DNA of 64,000 nt from Candidatus Spongiisociaceae bacterium (GCA_965219685.1 CBDCOH010000002.1:4326482-4390481); one strand, 5' to 3'; positions 10,288-23,558 are shown, counted from the first letter of the stretch. Translations and numbers: made by a program. The notes: generated from the letters alone by a model not told the origin.

Positions 10288-10399
10288 ATGATCCTCCTCG
10301 GTGAGGGCGAGAATAGTCCACCCGGAGGGCGAAACGGCCGTGGAGACGCCAGGGGTTTCGCCTGGATGCAGGGCACCCGGACCCTCCTAGGATGGAGCC

Positions 10400-11188
10400 A
10401 TGGCTCAGCTCCAACTCCGCCCGATGGGCGTGGGCGAGATAATCACAGCATCACTGACGGTCTACGCGAGGCGCTGGAGAACCCTCTTCGCGGTGGCCGG
10501 GGTGCTGATCCTCCCCTACGCGGTCCTCTATCTCGCCCTGGCGGAGCCACCCCCGGCCATTCCTCTCGATCCGACGAACGACGAGGCGCGCGAGTTCCTG
10601 TCCACGATGGGGCCCTGGCTCCTCATCCGTCTCTTCATCCTGACCATCATGCTGGCGGCTGTCGTCAGGACGACGTTGGAGACATACGTCGGCATCGAGT
10701 CCCCGTGGCGGCAACCGGCGGCTGCGGCGATCAGCAAGATGGTCGCCCTGACGGTGGTCGCGGTTCTCTTCTGGTCCGCTGCCGTCCTGGGGTTCACCCT
10801 GTTCGTGCTACCCGGCGTCTTCCTGATCGTGTGCCTCAGCGCCTCCGTGCCGGTCGTGATGGCCGAGGGGGTGGATCCCATCGCGGCCCTGGGCCGTTCG
10901 TGGCGGATGACCTCCGGCCGGCGATGGCACGTGCTGGGGGTGCTGCTCCTGTCGTCGGCCCTGGTCGTGATCGGGAGCCTGGTCGTCTACCTCGTTCTGG
11001 GGTCGGTGCTGTACAGGTTCTGGGGGAGCTTCGGTCTGTCGTTGGCCTCTGAGCTGGTCTGGATCGCCCTCCAGCCGTTTCTCGGGGTGGCGCTGGCCGT
11101 CATGTACCTGGATCTGCGGGTGCGCAAGGAGGATCTGGACACCGAATGGCTCTCCCTGCAGCTCTCGGCCACGTCCTTCGATCGGTAG
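10400..11188 (+). CDS. Integral membrane protein (GDPD membrane-domain-like); paralog of 45289-46056
   Basis: MAQLQLRP N-terminus, ALGRSWRMT and YLDLRVRKEDLD C-terminal motif. Confidence 0.75.
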   Translation: MAQLQLRPMGVGEIITASLTVYARRWRTLFAVAGVLILPYAVLYLALAEPPPAIPLDPTNDEAREFLSTMGPWLLIRLFILTIMLAAVVRTTLETYVGIESPWRQPAAAAISKMVALTVVAVLFWSAAVLGFTLFVLPGVFLIVCLSASVPVVMAEGVDPIAALGRSWRMTSGRRWHVLGVLLLSSALVVIGSLVVYLVLGSVLYRFWGSFGLSLASELVWIALQPFLGVALAVMYLDLRVRKEDLDTEWLSLQLSATSFDR

Positions 11189-11272
11189 GTGGCGGCCCCG
11201 CCTACAATGGGAACGGTCGGAGCAGGCCCCTGAGCGTCGCGCTGCTCCGGTTCCTGAGGGAGCGACCCACCG

Positions 11273-11560
11273 ATGAGCATCACCGAGACCGCGGTAATCC
11301 TTAACCCCCCGGGCCACCAGCCGGAACCCGGGTCGGTTGACGCCGACCTGCTGAACGAGACCCTCGAGTACATCCGGCCCGCCCTCCAGTACGACGGCGG
11401 CGACCTCATCCTCGAGGGGGTCGACGACGACGGGACCGTGAACCTCAACCTGGTCGGAGCCTGTAGCGGGTGCCCCATGTCCATGATGACCCTCACCGCC
11501 GGGATCGAGCGTATCCTCATCGATCGGGTCCCGGGGGTCACAGCCGTCAACGCAACTTGA
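11273..11560 (+). CDS. NifU/NfuA-like Fe-S cluster protein
   Basis: IRPALQYDGGD...GACSGCPMS (CxxC). Confidence 0.9.
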   Translation: MSITETAVILNPPGHQPEPGSVDADLLNETLEYIRPALQYDGGDLILEGVDDDGTVNLNLVGACSGCPMSMMTLTAGIERILIDRVPGVTAVNAT

Positions 11561-11629
11561 ACCCCCGGCATCCCGGGTCGGAGCCCGCCGGTCGGGTCCG
11601 GGCATGACGGGTAGGAGGTCGGCTTCCTC

Positions 11630-12421
11630 TTGGATACGAGAACGCTGATAGGAGAGGTGAGGGCCGGGGATCGCCGTGCCCTGGCCAGGGTGATCAGCGC
11701 GATCGAGGAGAGCACGCCTGAAGCCGCGGCACTGATCCAAGGGTTCTCGACGCTGGCCGGTGATGGACGGAGGATCGGGATCACCGGGGCGCCCGGCGTG
11801 GGCAAGAGCACCCTCGTGGCCGGTCTCGTGTCGAGCATACGCCGGGAGGCCGAGACCGTGGCGGTTATCGCCGTCGATCCGTCCAGTCCCCTGACCGGAG
11901 GGGCGATCCTCGGCGACCGTATTCGCATGCAGGAGCACATCGGGGATCCCGGTGTCTACGTGCGCTCCATGGCGGGCCGGGGCCATCTGGGGGGCCTGTC
12001 GGCTGCCGCGCCCCGCGTGGCGGATGTCCTCGACGGGGCGGGTTTCGGGGTTGTCTTGATCGAGACCGTCGGGGTGGGGCAATCGGAGGTCGAAGTCATG
12101 CACCACGTCCAGTCGACGGTGGTGGTGGTCACCCCGGGCTGGGGGGACAGCGTCCAGGTCGGGAAGGCGGGTCTGATGGAGATCGGAGATGTGTTCGTGA
12201 TCAACAAGGCCGACCTTCCGGGCGCGGCCCGGACCCGGCGGGACCTCGAGACCATGCTCGCTATGGGCCCCGGCCGTGGTTGGCGGCCGCCGGTGGTCGA
12301 AACGGTCGCCACCGAGGGAGGGGGCTTGGACGAACTGTGGGAGCACCTGCAGGCCCACGCCGCCCATCTCGGTCGGAGCGCGAATACGGCCGCGGATCCG
12401 GCCACCCCCGACCGCATCTAA
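11630..12421 (+). CDS. meaB: MeaB/ArgK GTPase (methylmalonyl-CoA mutase chaperone)
   Basis: GITGAPGVGKST, DPSSPLTGGAILGDRIRM, ETVGVGQSE, NKAD. Confidence 0.9.
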   Translation: MDTRTLIGEVRAGDRRALARVISAIEESTPEAAALIQGFSTLAGDGRRIGITGAPGVGKSTLVAGLVSSIRREAETVAVIAVDPSSPLTGGAILGDRIRMQEHIGDPGVYVRSMAGRGHLGGLSAAAPRVADVLDGAGFGVVLIETVGVGQSEVEVMHHVQSTVVVVTPGWGDSVQVGKAGLMEIGDVFVINKADLPGAARTRRDLETMLAMGPGRGWRPPVVETVATEGGGLDELWEHLQAHAAHLGRSANTAADPATPDRI

Positions 12422-12450
12422 CCTGTCGACCGGCACACGGAGGAGAAGAC

Positions 12451-13218
12451 GTGGACCTGGTCTCCTATACAACTGAGGGAGCGGTCGGAGTGATCGAACT
12501 CAACCGGCCGCCTGTCAACGCGCTCTCGGAGCAGTTGGTGGAGGATATCGACGAGGCCGTCGACCACGCCTCCGACCCTGCTGTCCGGGCGGTGGTTATC
12601 ACGGGGCGTCCCCACTTCGCGGCGGGAGCGGACATAAAACGATTCAAGGTGGCTCACGACACCGCCGCCAAGGCGCTGGAGGGACTGCGGCTGGGCGCGG
12701 TCGCCCGGCGGTTGGAGCAACTACCCAAGCCGGTGATCGCCGCGGTGTTCGGCTACGCGCTGGGAGGTGGGTTGGAGCTGGCGATGGGCGCAGACTTCCG
12801 CTACCTGGCCGAGGACGCCAAGGTGGGGCAGCCGGAGATACTCCTGGGCATCATCCCCGGCGCGGGCGGAACGCGCCGACTGCTGCGGCTGGTCGGTTTC
12901 AACCGCGGGCGCGAACTTGTCTACTCCGGTCGGCATGTGGGAGCCGAGGAGGCGCTGGCCATCGGGCTGGCCGACAAGGTGTTCGCGGCCGATGAGTTGC
13001 TCGATGCGGCGGTGAAGGATGCCGCCACCTACGCCGCCGGCCCGACCGTGGCCCTCGCCATGGCGAAGCGCTCGATCAACGAAGGCTGGGGGCGGCCCAT
13101 CGACGAGGCTCTGGCGGTCGAAGCCGAGGCGTTCGACGAGGCGTTCGCCACCGACGACGCGAGGGAGGGGGTTTCCGCCTTTCTCGAGAAGCGGAAGGCG
13201 CGGTTCACCGGCACGTGA
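12451..13218 (+). CDS. Enoyl-CoA hydratase/isomerase
   Basis: FAAGADI, ALGGGLELA, PEILLGIIPGAGGT; RBS GGAGGAG before GTG. Confidence 0.92.
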   Translation: MDLVSYTTEGAVGVIELNRPPVNALSEQLVEDIDEAVDHASDPAVRAVVITGRPHFAAGADIKRFKVAHDTAAKALEGLRLGAVARRLEQLPKPVIAAVFGYALGGGLELAMGADFRYLAEDAKVGQPEILLGIIPGAGGTRRLLRLVGFNRGRELVYSGRHVGAEEALAIGLADKVFAADELLDAAVKDAATYAAGPTVALAMAKRSINEGWGRPIDEALAVEAEAFDEAFATDDAREGVSAFLEKRKARFTGT

Positions 13219-13583
13219 GCCCGTACCGGACCGCGCTCTTGGCCACGGTCCTCGTCTTGGGCATGGCCGGTTGTGGATCGGACGAGAGTCCCGAGGGGTT
13301 CGACGGGTCCATCGACTGCGGCGAGCCGGCCTGGTCGCTGACGCTGGACTACGAGCGGGACCACGAGGGGGAGAGGACCCCGTTCGACGCAATGGTCGAA
13401 TGGTCCGGCGTTTACGAGGACCGCGGGCATCGTATCCATGTGGAGAGTTCCCGCACCGGCACGGTGGTGATCGACGGATCCGAGGTCGCTTTCATGCGCG
13501 TCGTGGAACTCCCGACCGAGACATTCGAGGTGGTCGAGGCCGAAGGCTGTTCGGGCTTCGAACCGCCTTCGGGCAACGGGTAG
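13215..13583 (+). CDS. Hypothetical lipoprotein
   Basis: Signal peptide with a lipobox-like MAGC; GTGA overlap. Confidence 0.6.
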   Translation: MSPYRTALLATVLVLGMAGCGSDESPEGFDGSIDCGEPAWSLTLDYERDHEGERTPFDAMVEWSGVYEDRGHRIHVESSRTGTVVIDGSEVAFMRVVELPTETFEVVEAEGCSGFEPPSGNG

Positions 13584-13640
13584 CGGCTCCCGACAGCCGC
13601 CCCGAGTGCGGCACTGCTGAATGCTTGTATAGTGATAGCA

Positions 13641-13871
13641 ATGCCACACGTCCTAGTTCGTGATCTCCCGGAAGATGTGCACCGTCGCCTTGTCGATCGC
13701 GCTCAGACCCAAGGCCGGTCTTTGCAGCGATACCTCGTCGCCGAACTGACTCGGCTTGCCCGCGGTGTGACAATCGAGGAATTCGTCGCCCGGATCGAAA
13801 CCAACGAGGGAGGAAGGGTCGGCCTGACACAAGCAGTTGAAGACCTGGATGAACTGCGCAACAGCGGGTGA
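13641..13871 (+). CDS. FitA/VapB-like ribbon-helix-helix antitoxin
   Basis: MPHVLVRDLPEDVHRRL...GRSLQRYL; leaderless, TATAGT -10; overlaps the PIN gene. Confidence 0.85.
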   Translation: MPHVLVRDLPEDVHRRLVDRAQTQGRSLQRYLVAELTRLARGVTIEEFVARIETNEGGRVGLTQAVEDLDELRNSG

Positions 13872-14263
13872 TCGTCGTCGACGCCTCTGTGCTCGCCAAC
13901 GTGGTGGCGGACGATGGTCCCGAAGGTGAGCGTGCGCGTGGTCTCATCGTCGATACGGGGCCGGTGGCCATCCCTGACCTGGCCGATGTCGAGACGATGG
14001 CTGTGCTGCGCAAGCGGTGGATCTCCAAGACGATCACCGGGCACCGGCTAGCCAAGGCGGCAACCGACCTGGCTGCCTTACCTTTCCAGCGGTATCCGGC
14101 GAGGCCGTTGCTGTATCGGGTCTACGAACTCCGCTCCAACGTCACGCCCTACGACGCGGTGTACGTTGCCCTTGCCGAAGCTCTGGGATACGACCTGCTG
14201 ACAGCCGATGCTCGGTTGGCGCGGGCCTTCGGTCCTCGCTGCACGATCCGGGTCGTGAGTTGA
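13868..14263 (+). CDS. vapC: VapC PIN-domain toxin
   Basis: MIVVDAS...YDAVYVALAE...TADARL. Confidence 0.9.
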   Translation: MIVVDASVLANVVADDGPEGERARGLIVDTGPVAIPDLADVETMAVLRKRWISKTITGHRLAKAATDLAALPFQRYPARPLLYRVYELRSNVTPYDAVYVALAEALGYDLLTADARLARAFGPRCTIRVVS

Positions 14264-14264
14264 G

Positions 14265-14705
14265 CTAAGGGCTCTGCTCGATCCGGCGCTTGAATTCCGC
14301 CAGGTTGGATCGCCATATGCGGGACAGGATGGGTCTCGCCACCCACGCCACCACCGGGCCTCCGAAGTACCAGGGGAAACGGATCCGCTCCCGCCAGGCG
14401 AAGCGGGTGCGGCCGGGCTCCGGCGAGGACAGTTCGAACCGTCCCTCACCTGTGAAGATCCCCCGATGTCGCCCGGTGATCAGTCTCATCGGGCTGACCT
14501 CGGTGATCTCGAAGCGGTCGACAGTCCGGAACGGGCCTACCCGTGTCTCGATGAGCAGAACCGTCCCCGGGCCTTCTTCCTGATCGCCCTCGAACTGGAT
14601 GGCGAGGGCGTCCTTCATCCACTCGGCATGAGAGGCGAAGTCGACCGCCTCCGCCCACACCCGCTCCAGCGGAGCGTCGATGTCGATCGAGATGAGGCTC
14701 TCCAT
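14265..14705 (-). CDS. SRPBCC/START-like family protein
   Basis: IDIDAPLERVWA...W and a C-terminal helix typical of the fold. Confidence 0.8.
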   Translation of the reverse strand: MESLISIDIDAPLERVWAEAVDFASHAEWMKDALAIQFEGDQEEGPGTVLLIETRVGPFRTVDRFEITEVSPMRLITGRHRGIFTGEGRFELSSPEPGRTRFAWRERIRFPWYFGGPVVAWVARPILSRIWRSNLAEFKRRIEQSP

Positions 14706-14746
14706 GTGGGTGAGTATGCCCACTCGGCCGGCCTATACGTTCACGG

Positions 14747-15007
14747 CTAGATGATCAGTTCCTAGTCGGTAGTCTCTAGTTGCTAGTTGGTGATCAGTAG
14801 TTAACGTTAAATTGGGTCATTTCCCATCCTCCGTAGCACTGTTTGGGTCTCGCGTTTACGCCGCGGGTGGCTCTTCACCAAAAGGCAGCCCCTGGGGTCC
14901 GAGTCCAGGAACAGGGGCATACGAGTTACGGATGTATTGTACAGCGTTGTGTAGCGATCGTAGAGTTCCGTCGCTTCTGGTCAGATCCCTTGGAACTATT
15001 CGCCTAG
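14747..15007. mobile_element. CTAG-bounded miniature inverted-repeat element, copy B (261 bp)
   Basis: Ends CTAGATGATCAGTT...AACTATTCGCCTAG; degenerate heptamer array in the left arm. Confidence 0.65.
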
Positions 15008-15134
15008 GTCCCTTCCGACGGAATGGGACACCGCGATCGCTCTCCCATACGGAAGGTGGAGGCAGGGAGCAGCCCTGTCATACGGATGCTCCTCCTTGCC
15101 TGCGTACCAGGGCGCGCGTGCGACAATCCAAGCC

Positions 15135-16264
15135 ATGCTGTACCTCGACCACGCTGCCTCCTCTCCGCTGCGGCCTCAGGCCTGGGAGGCGATGGCGCCG
15201 TTCCGCGATGAGGACTACGGGAACCCTTCAGGGGGCCATGCGGTGTCGCGCCGCGCCAAGAACGCCTTGGAGGACGCCCGGGACCTGATAGCCGACCTGC
15301 TGAATGCCAATCCGCTCGAGATCGTGTTCACCGGGGGCGGTACCGAGGCCGACAACCTGGCGATCAAGGGAGCGGCCCTGGCGGGAGGAGCCAAGGGCGG
15401 TGCGGTCACGTCCACGGTCGAGCATGACGCGGTCCTGGCCAGCGCGGGTTTCGTGGAGGACGTCGGGTGCCCACTGGCTCTGGTGAAGGTGGACGCCGAC
15501 GGGATGGTCGACCCGGCCGAGGTGGCGTCCCATGTGACTCCGGAGACAGCCGTCGTGTCGGTCATGATGGGGAACAACGAGACCGGAGTCCGCCAGCCCA
15601 TCGAGCAGGTGGCCGAAGCGATCCTAGGCCTCCACCGGTCGACCGTGTTTCACACGGACGCGGTGCAAGGGTACGTCTCCGAGCGGGTCGATGTGGAGTC
15701 GCTGGGCGTTGACCTGCTGTCGCTGGCGGCCCACAAGTTCGGCGGTCCGAAGGGGGTGGGGCTGCTCTTCGTCCGGTCGGGCACGAGGCTCGAGCCGCTC
15801 ATTCACGGGGGAGGCCAGGAACTGGGGCGGCGGTCGGGTACCCACAACGTGATGGCGGTGGTGGGAATGGCCGCAGCCATGGCGGCCCTGGAGTCCGAGC
15901 GCGAGAACTTCAGGACCCGGGTGGCGACGGAGCGGGACACGTTCGAGACGACGCTGGCGCGCCTGGTTCCCGACGTGGTGTTCACGGCCGCCGACGCTCC
16001 GAGAATGGTCCAGACCAGCCATGTGCGAATACCCGGGGTCCGCAACGAGGTGCTGCTGGTCCGGCTCGACGCGGCCGGCGTGGCCGCTTCCGCCGCTTCG
16101 GCCTGCCAGTCGGGCGCCGCTACCGTCTCCCACGTGCTGGAAGCGATGGGTATGACACCGGCCGAGGCCAGGGAGTGCCTCCGGTTCTCCTTCGGATGGC
16201 CCACGCGCGAGGGCGAGGGAAAAGCCGCTGCCCGGCTGGTCGCCCGGGAAGTCGAGGCGCTCCG

Positions 16265-16268
<4 letters not shown>
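15135..16268 (+). CDS. iscS: Cysteine desulfurase (IscS-like), linked to mnmA
   Basis: YLDHAA, FTGGGTEADN, HTDAVQ, AHKFGGPKG, SAASAC. Confidence 0.88.
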
Positions 16269-19431
<3,163 letters not shown>

Positions 19432-19482
19432 CTGTCAGGTGACGGGTGGACTGTAGTAATGGATAATAGTGTGTTATAATTG

Positions 19483-19577
19483 TCACCATTCACCATTCAC
19501 CATTCACCATTCACCATTCACCTTTCACCTTTCACCTTTCACCTTTCACCTTTCACCATTCACCATTCACCATTCAC
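19483..19577. repeat. Heptamer tandem repeat (TCACCAT)5(TCACCTT)5(TCACCAT)3
   Basis: Counted directly; lies between convergent genes and abuts CTAG at 19577-19580. Confidence 0.95.
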
Positions 19578-19978
19578 TAGAAGACTCGGAAGTCCCAGCT
19601 GTGCTGCCCTTCGTCGGGGAGGCCGGTCACCTTTCGCCACCGCAGCGACACGGTGTGGAGACCGGGACTCCACACGATGGTCGATGACCTTGCCGGCGCC
19701 CAGGAGTGGACACCGGTGCCCTCGACGAACCGCACCTCCGAGTCGGGCACCCTGAAGCCGTCGACCCAGATCTCCACCCGGTAGCCGACCGGCATGTCGA
19801 CCTCGATGGGGGTCTGGAGGGGAACCTGGCTCCCGGGCAGCGGACTGATCTCCTCGAGGACGGTCGGCAGGGGCTCCCGCCCTGTCTCCGGCGATCCGAA
19901 CAGGAAGGCCACCACCACCACCCCGACTGCTAACAGCCCGAGAGCCATGAAGATCAGAAGGTATCGCCGGTCGCTCAT
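19577..19978 (-). CDS. Hypothetical membrane-anchored protein
   Basis: N-terminal TM helix followed by a beta-rich domain; host-like codon usage. Confidence 0.65.
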   Translation of the reverse strand: MSDRRYLLIFMALGLLAVGVVVVAFLFGSPETGREPLPTVLEEISPLPGSQVPLQTPIEVDMPVGYRVEIWVDGFRVPDSEVRFVEGTGVHSWAPARSSTIVWSPGLHTVSLRWRKVTGLPDEGQHSWDFRVF

Positions 19979-20083
19979 GCCTCGGTCTCCACAGCGAGGA
20001 TTCTACGGCAGCCCCGGCTCGCCGTGCGCAATGTGAACATCCCCCGTCCCACTGTCCACGCGCGTGCACTGTGTGCGATTTCG

Positions 20084-20125
20084 AACCGGCAACCGGCAAC
20101 CGGCAACCGGCAACTGGCAACCGAC
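20084..20125. repeat. Heptamer tandem repeat (AACCGGC)4 AACTGGC AACCGAC
   Basis: Directly visible, immediately upstream of the dapC -10 (TACGCT). Confidence 0.9.
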
Positions 20126-20140
20126 CGCTACGCTCGCTGT

Positions 20141-21280
20141 GTGCGAGTCAACCCGATACTCAGCCGGATCGGTTCCCATTCCATCACGGCTATCCAGGAC
20201 CGGGCACGCCACCTGCGGGACACCGGACGGCCGCTGGTCGACTTCTCGATCGGGGACCCGCGCGAGCCCACCGCTCCCTTCATCCCGGCCGCCTTGAAGG
20301 ATGCGGTCCCGGTGATCTCCCAGTATCCGACGGTCGCAGGCCTCCCGCGGCTGCGGCAGGCCATAGCCGGCTATGTCGATAGGCGGTTCGGGGTTGCGGT
20401 CGATCCCGAAACCGAGGTGCTCCCGACGACCGGTTCGAAGGAGTCGATCTTCTCCACTCCCCTCGCGTTTGTCGACCGCGGCGCCGGCGACGGAGTCATC
20501 TGGCCCACTCCCGGTTACCCGATCTACGAGCGTGGAGGGCGCCTGGCCGGGGCGGCGCCGATTCCCGTCGCCCTCTCGGGGGACTTCGTGTTCCGGGCGG
20601 GCGACATACCCGCCGAGGCCTGGGAACGGGCCCGGATCGTCTGGGTTTGCAGTCCCCACAATCCCTCGGGGGCGGTGATGCCTCTCGACGAACTGGCCAC
20701 CTTCCGGGAGCGTGCCGCTCTCCACGACGTGCTGGTGTGCTCGGACGAGTGCTACGTCGATCTGTATGACGGTGAGCCGCCGCGTTCGCTGCTCGAGACC
20801 GGAGGCACCGAGGGCGTCATCGTCTACTTCAGCCTCTCGAAGCGGAGCGGAATGACCGGCTACCGGAGCGGGGCGATGGTGGGGGACGCCCGCGCCATCT
20901 CCGCCCTGCGGGCCCTCAGAACCGGCACCGGTACAGCCCCGCCCGAGTTCACCCAGGCGGCGGCGATCGCAGCATGGAGCGACGACGCGCATGTGGCCGA
21001 ACGGCGGGAACTGTTCAGGCGCAAGCGGGAGATCCTGACCAGGGCGTTCGCCGACCTCGGATACCCCACCGTGGCTTCCGAAGCCGGCCTGTACGTGTGG
21101 TTGAAGGTGCCCGACGACGTGGAGATGACCGAGCGCCTGCTCGAGGAGGGAGTGGTGGTGTCGCCCGGTCGGGTGTTCGGCCCCGGCGGGGAGGGCTATA
21201 TTCGCCTGGCGTTGGTACCGACACTGGACCAATGCGAGGAAGCAGTGGAGGTGGTGACCAATTGTCTGAACAGTCCCTGA
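20141..21280 (+). CDS. dapC: Class I/II aminotransferase, probable succinyldiaminopimelate transaminase
   Basis: PHNPSG, DECY, SLSKRSGMTGYRSG; first gene before dapD and dapE. Confidence 0.85.
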   Translation: MRVNPILSRIGSHSITAIQDRARHLRDTGRPLVDFSIGDPREPTAPFIPAALKDAVPVISQYPTVAGLPRLRQAIAGYVDRRFGVAVDPETEVLPTTGSKESIFSTPLAFVDRGAGDGVIWPTPGYPIYERGGRLAGAAPIPVALSGDFVFRAGDIPAEAWERARIVWVCSPHNPSGAVMPLDELATFRERAALHDVLVCSDECYVDLYDGEPPRSLLETGGTEGVIVYFSLSKRSGMTGYRSGAMVGDARAISALRALRTGTGTAPPEFTQAAAIAAWSDDAHVAERRELFRRKREILTRAFADLGYPTVASEAGLYVWLKVPDDVEMTERLLEEGVVVSPGRVFGPGGEGYIRLALVPTLDQCEEAVEVVTNCLNSP

Positions 21281-22068
21281 TCGAAGCCGCATATCGCGAC
21301 CGGTCGGCCTTGGGCGACGCGAGAGATGCGGTACTGGACACGATCGCCCGGCTGGACGCCGGCGAGATTCGCGTCGCCGAGAAGATCGACGGCGCCTGGG
21401 TGGTCAACGAATGGATCAAGCAGGCCATCCTGCTCTACTTCGGGGTGACCGACATGGAGGTCATGCAGTCGGGGCCGTTGCAGTTCCACGACAAGATCCC
21501 CCCGAAGCAGAACCTGGCCGAAGCCGGGGTCAGGGTGGTGCCGCCGGGAGCCGTCCGCTACGGGGCGTTCTGCGAGCCCGGTGTGATCGTCATGCCCGGA
21601 TACGTCAACATCGGCGCCTACGTGGCCACAGGAACGATGGTGGACACCTGGGCCACCGTCGGGTCCTGCGCCCAGATCGGATCCGGGGTCCATCTGTCGG
21701 GTGGCGTCGGGATCGGCGGGGTGCTCGAACCCCCCAACGCCCGTCCTGTGATAGTCGAGGACGGGGCCTTCGTGGGGAGCCGGTGCATCGTGACGGAAGG
21801 CGCCCTCGTTGAAGAGGGTGCGGTGCTGGCCGCCAACGTGACCATCACCGCCTCGACGCCGATCATCGACCTGACCGGGGAGGAACGGGTGGAGCACCGG
21901 GGCCGGGTGCCGGCCCGTTCGGTGGTCGTGCCCGGCACCCGCCCGAGGGAGTTCGCGGGAGGAACGGCCCATCTCGCCTGCGCCTACATCATCGGCCAGC
22001 GGTCGGCCCGCACCGACGACCGAACATCGCTGAACGAGGCCCTGCGCGCCTTCGAACTCTCGGTTTGA
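21262..22068 (+). CDS. dapD: Tetrahydrodipicolinate N-succinyltransferase
   Basis: WVVNEWIKQAILLYF, VDTWATVGSCAQIG, GIGGVLEP, TSLNEALR. Confidence 0.95.
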   Translation: MSEQSLIEAAYRDRSALGDARDAVLDTIARLDAGEIRVAEKIDGAWVVNEWIKQAILLYFGVTDMEVMQSGPLQFHDKIPPKQNLAEAGVRVVPPGAVRYGAFCEPGVIVMPGYVNIGAYVATGTMVDTWATVGSCAQIGSGVHLSGGVGIGGVLEPPNARPVIVEDGAFVGSRCIVTEGALVEEGAVLAANVTITASTPIIDLTGEERVEHRGRVPARSVVVPGTRPREFAGGTAHLACAYIIGQRSARTDDRTSLNEALRAFELSV

Positions 22069-23117
22069 CGCTGCTCGACACCCTCTCCTGGCTGGTCGAC
22101 ATCTCCTCGGTCACCGGGGAGGAGGGACCCATTTGCGAGGCCTTGGCCACCCGGTTGGGCGAGACCTACCGGGATCGGGACATCCGCGGGATCGGTAACA
22201 GCCTGGTGGTGGGAACGCCTACGGACCGCCCGCTGGTACTGCTGGTCGGCCACATAGACACGGTCCCGCCGCAGGGCCAGGGCCCGGCGCGCGTGGAGGG
22301 GGACAGGCTCTTCGGACTCGGTACGTCCGACATGAAATCCGGGGTGGCGGTGATGGTCCACCTCCTCGAAGAGCGGTCGGTCAGGGAAGGCCCCTATGAC
22401 GTGGTGGGGGTCTTCTACGACGCCGAGGAGGGTCCCCACGCCCTGAACGGCCTGGAGCCGGTGCTGCAAGGTCTCCCATGGCTGGCGGAGGCGGCCTTCG
22501 CGGTGGTCACCGAGCCGACCGACCTCGAGCTGCAACTCGGCTGCCAGGGACTGGTCAACGCCACCGTCCGCTTCGAGGGCAAGGCTGCCCACAGCGCGCG
22601 GCCCTGGTTGGGCGTGAACGCGGTTACCAAGGCAGGCAACTGGCTCGCCGCGCTCCACGAGCGGGCGCCCGAGCCGTACGAGGTGGGCGGACTGACCTTC
22701 TACGAGGTCTTCTCGGTCACCAGGGCGTCCGGGGGAATAGCGAACAACGTCATTCCCGCGACATTCGACCTGAACCTCAACTACCGTTTCGCTCCCCACC
22801 GTACCGGAGCGGATGCCCTCGAGAGGCTGGCGGAGATCACCGCAGGGGCCGACTCGGTGGATGTGCAGGAGTGCGTCGACGGGGCGCCGGTCCCGGCGGG
22901 GAACCCGTACCTCGACCGGCTCATCGCGATCGCCGAGGCGCCTGTCACTCCCAAGCAGGCCTGGACCGACGTGGCGCGCCTCGCCAGATACGGGATCCCG
23001 GCGGTCAACTACGGTCCCGGGGAGGTCGCCCAGGCCCACAAGGCGACCGAGAGCGTCCCCATCGCCAACCTCGAGCCGGCCTACCGGGCGCTGCACTCCT
23101 TCCTGACCGACGAGTGA
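22065..23117 (+). CDS. dapE: Succinyl-diaminopimelate desuccinylase
   Basis: GHIDTVP, DMKSG, EE, EPT, AHSARPWLG, WTDVAR, AH. Confidence 0.92.
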   Translation: MTLLDTLSWLVDISSVTGEEGPICEALATRLGETYRDRDIRGIGNSLVVGTPTDRPLVLLVGHIDTVPPQGQGPARVEGDRLFGLGTSDMKSGVAVMVHLLEERSVREGPYDVVGVFYDAEEGPHALNGLEPVLQGLPWLAEAAFAVVTEPTDLELQLGCQGLVNATVRFEGKAAHSARPWLGVNAVTKAGNWLAALHERAPEPYEVGGLTFYEVFSVTRASGGIANNVIPATFDLNLNYRFAPHRTGADALERLAEITAGADSVDVQECVDGAPVPAGNPYLDRLIAIAEAPVTPKQAWTDVARLARYGIPAVNYGPGEVAQAHKATESVPIANLEPAYRALHSFLTDE

Positions 23118-23120
23118 TGG

Positions 23121-23558
23121 TTGGGGATGAACCTCTACCAACGGACCCAGTACGCGAACACGGCGTTGACGGCGCTGCTCACCCTCGGGTGGCTGCCAGT
23201 CGTCCTCGTGCTCGGATTGAGGGGGGGTGCAGGGTCACTACGGTTCCTGGTGCTGCCCTTGGCTCTGGCGTCGGTTGCCTTCTTCGGGTTCCGGAGCCTC
23301 ATGGTGACAGTGACCCCGGCCGAGGTGGAGTTGGCCTACTCGCTCGGATGGCCTCGCAGGACCATCGAGCGGGCGAGCATCGTGTCGGCCGAACCGCTCC
23401 GGATACCCTGGTGGTGCGGGGTGGGCATCCGCCGCACCCCCGAGGGTTGGATGTGGAGCGTATGGGGGTTCGACACGGTGTTGTTGCACCTCTCGGACGG
23501 TAAGCGGTTCCTGATCGGAACCGACGACCCGGAAGGTCTGGCCGCCGCTCTCCGCTGA
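23121..23558 (+). CDS. Hypothetical membrane protein (PH-like C-terminal domain)
   Basis: Two TM segments; GIR..W..G and IGTDDPEGL. Confidence 0.65.
   Translation: MGMNLYQRTQYANTALTALLTLGWLPVVLVLGLRGGAGSLRFLVLPLALASVAFFGFRSLMVTVTPAEVELAYSLGWPRRTIERASIVSAEPLRIPWWCGVGIRRTPEGWMWSVWGFDTVLLHLSDGKRFLIGTDDPEGLAAALR

Noticed and set aside
11561-11612. REP-like imperfect palindrome between the nifU-like gene and meaB
   Set aside because: Only one copy recognised in the window; cannot be distinguished from an ordinary hairpin.
10808-12472. Long antisense ORFs (554 aa here; similar ones at 17266-18456, 20003-21292 and 27283-28656)
   Set aside because: Shadow ORFs opposite well-supported genes, expected in high-GC DNA.
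19483-19577. CRISPR array or coding ORFs (SPFTIHH repeats) at the heptamer tracts
   Set aside because: Pure 7-nt tandem repeats without spacers and no cas genes; the ORFs are translation artefacts of the repeat.
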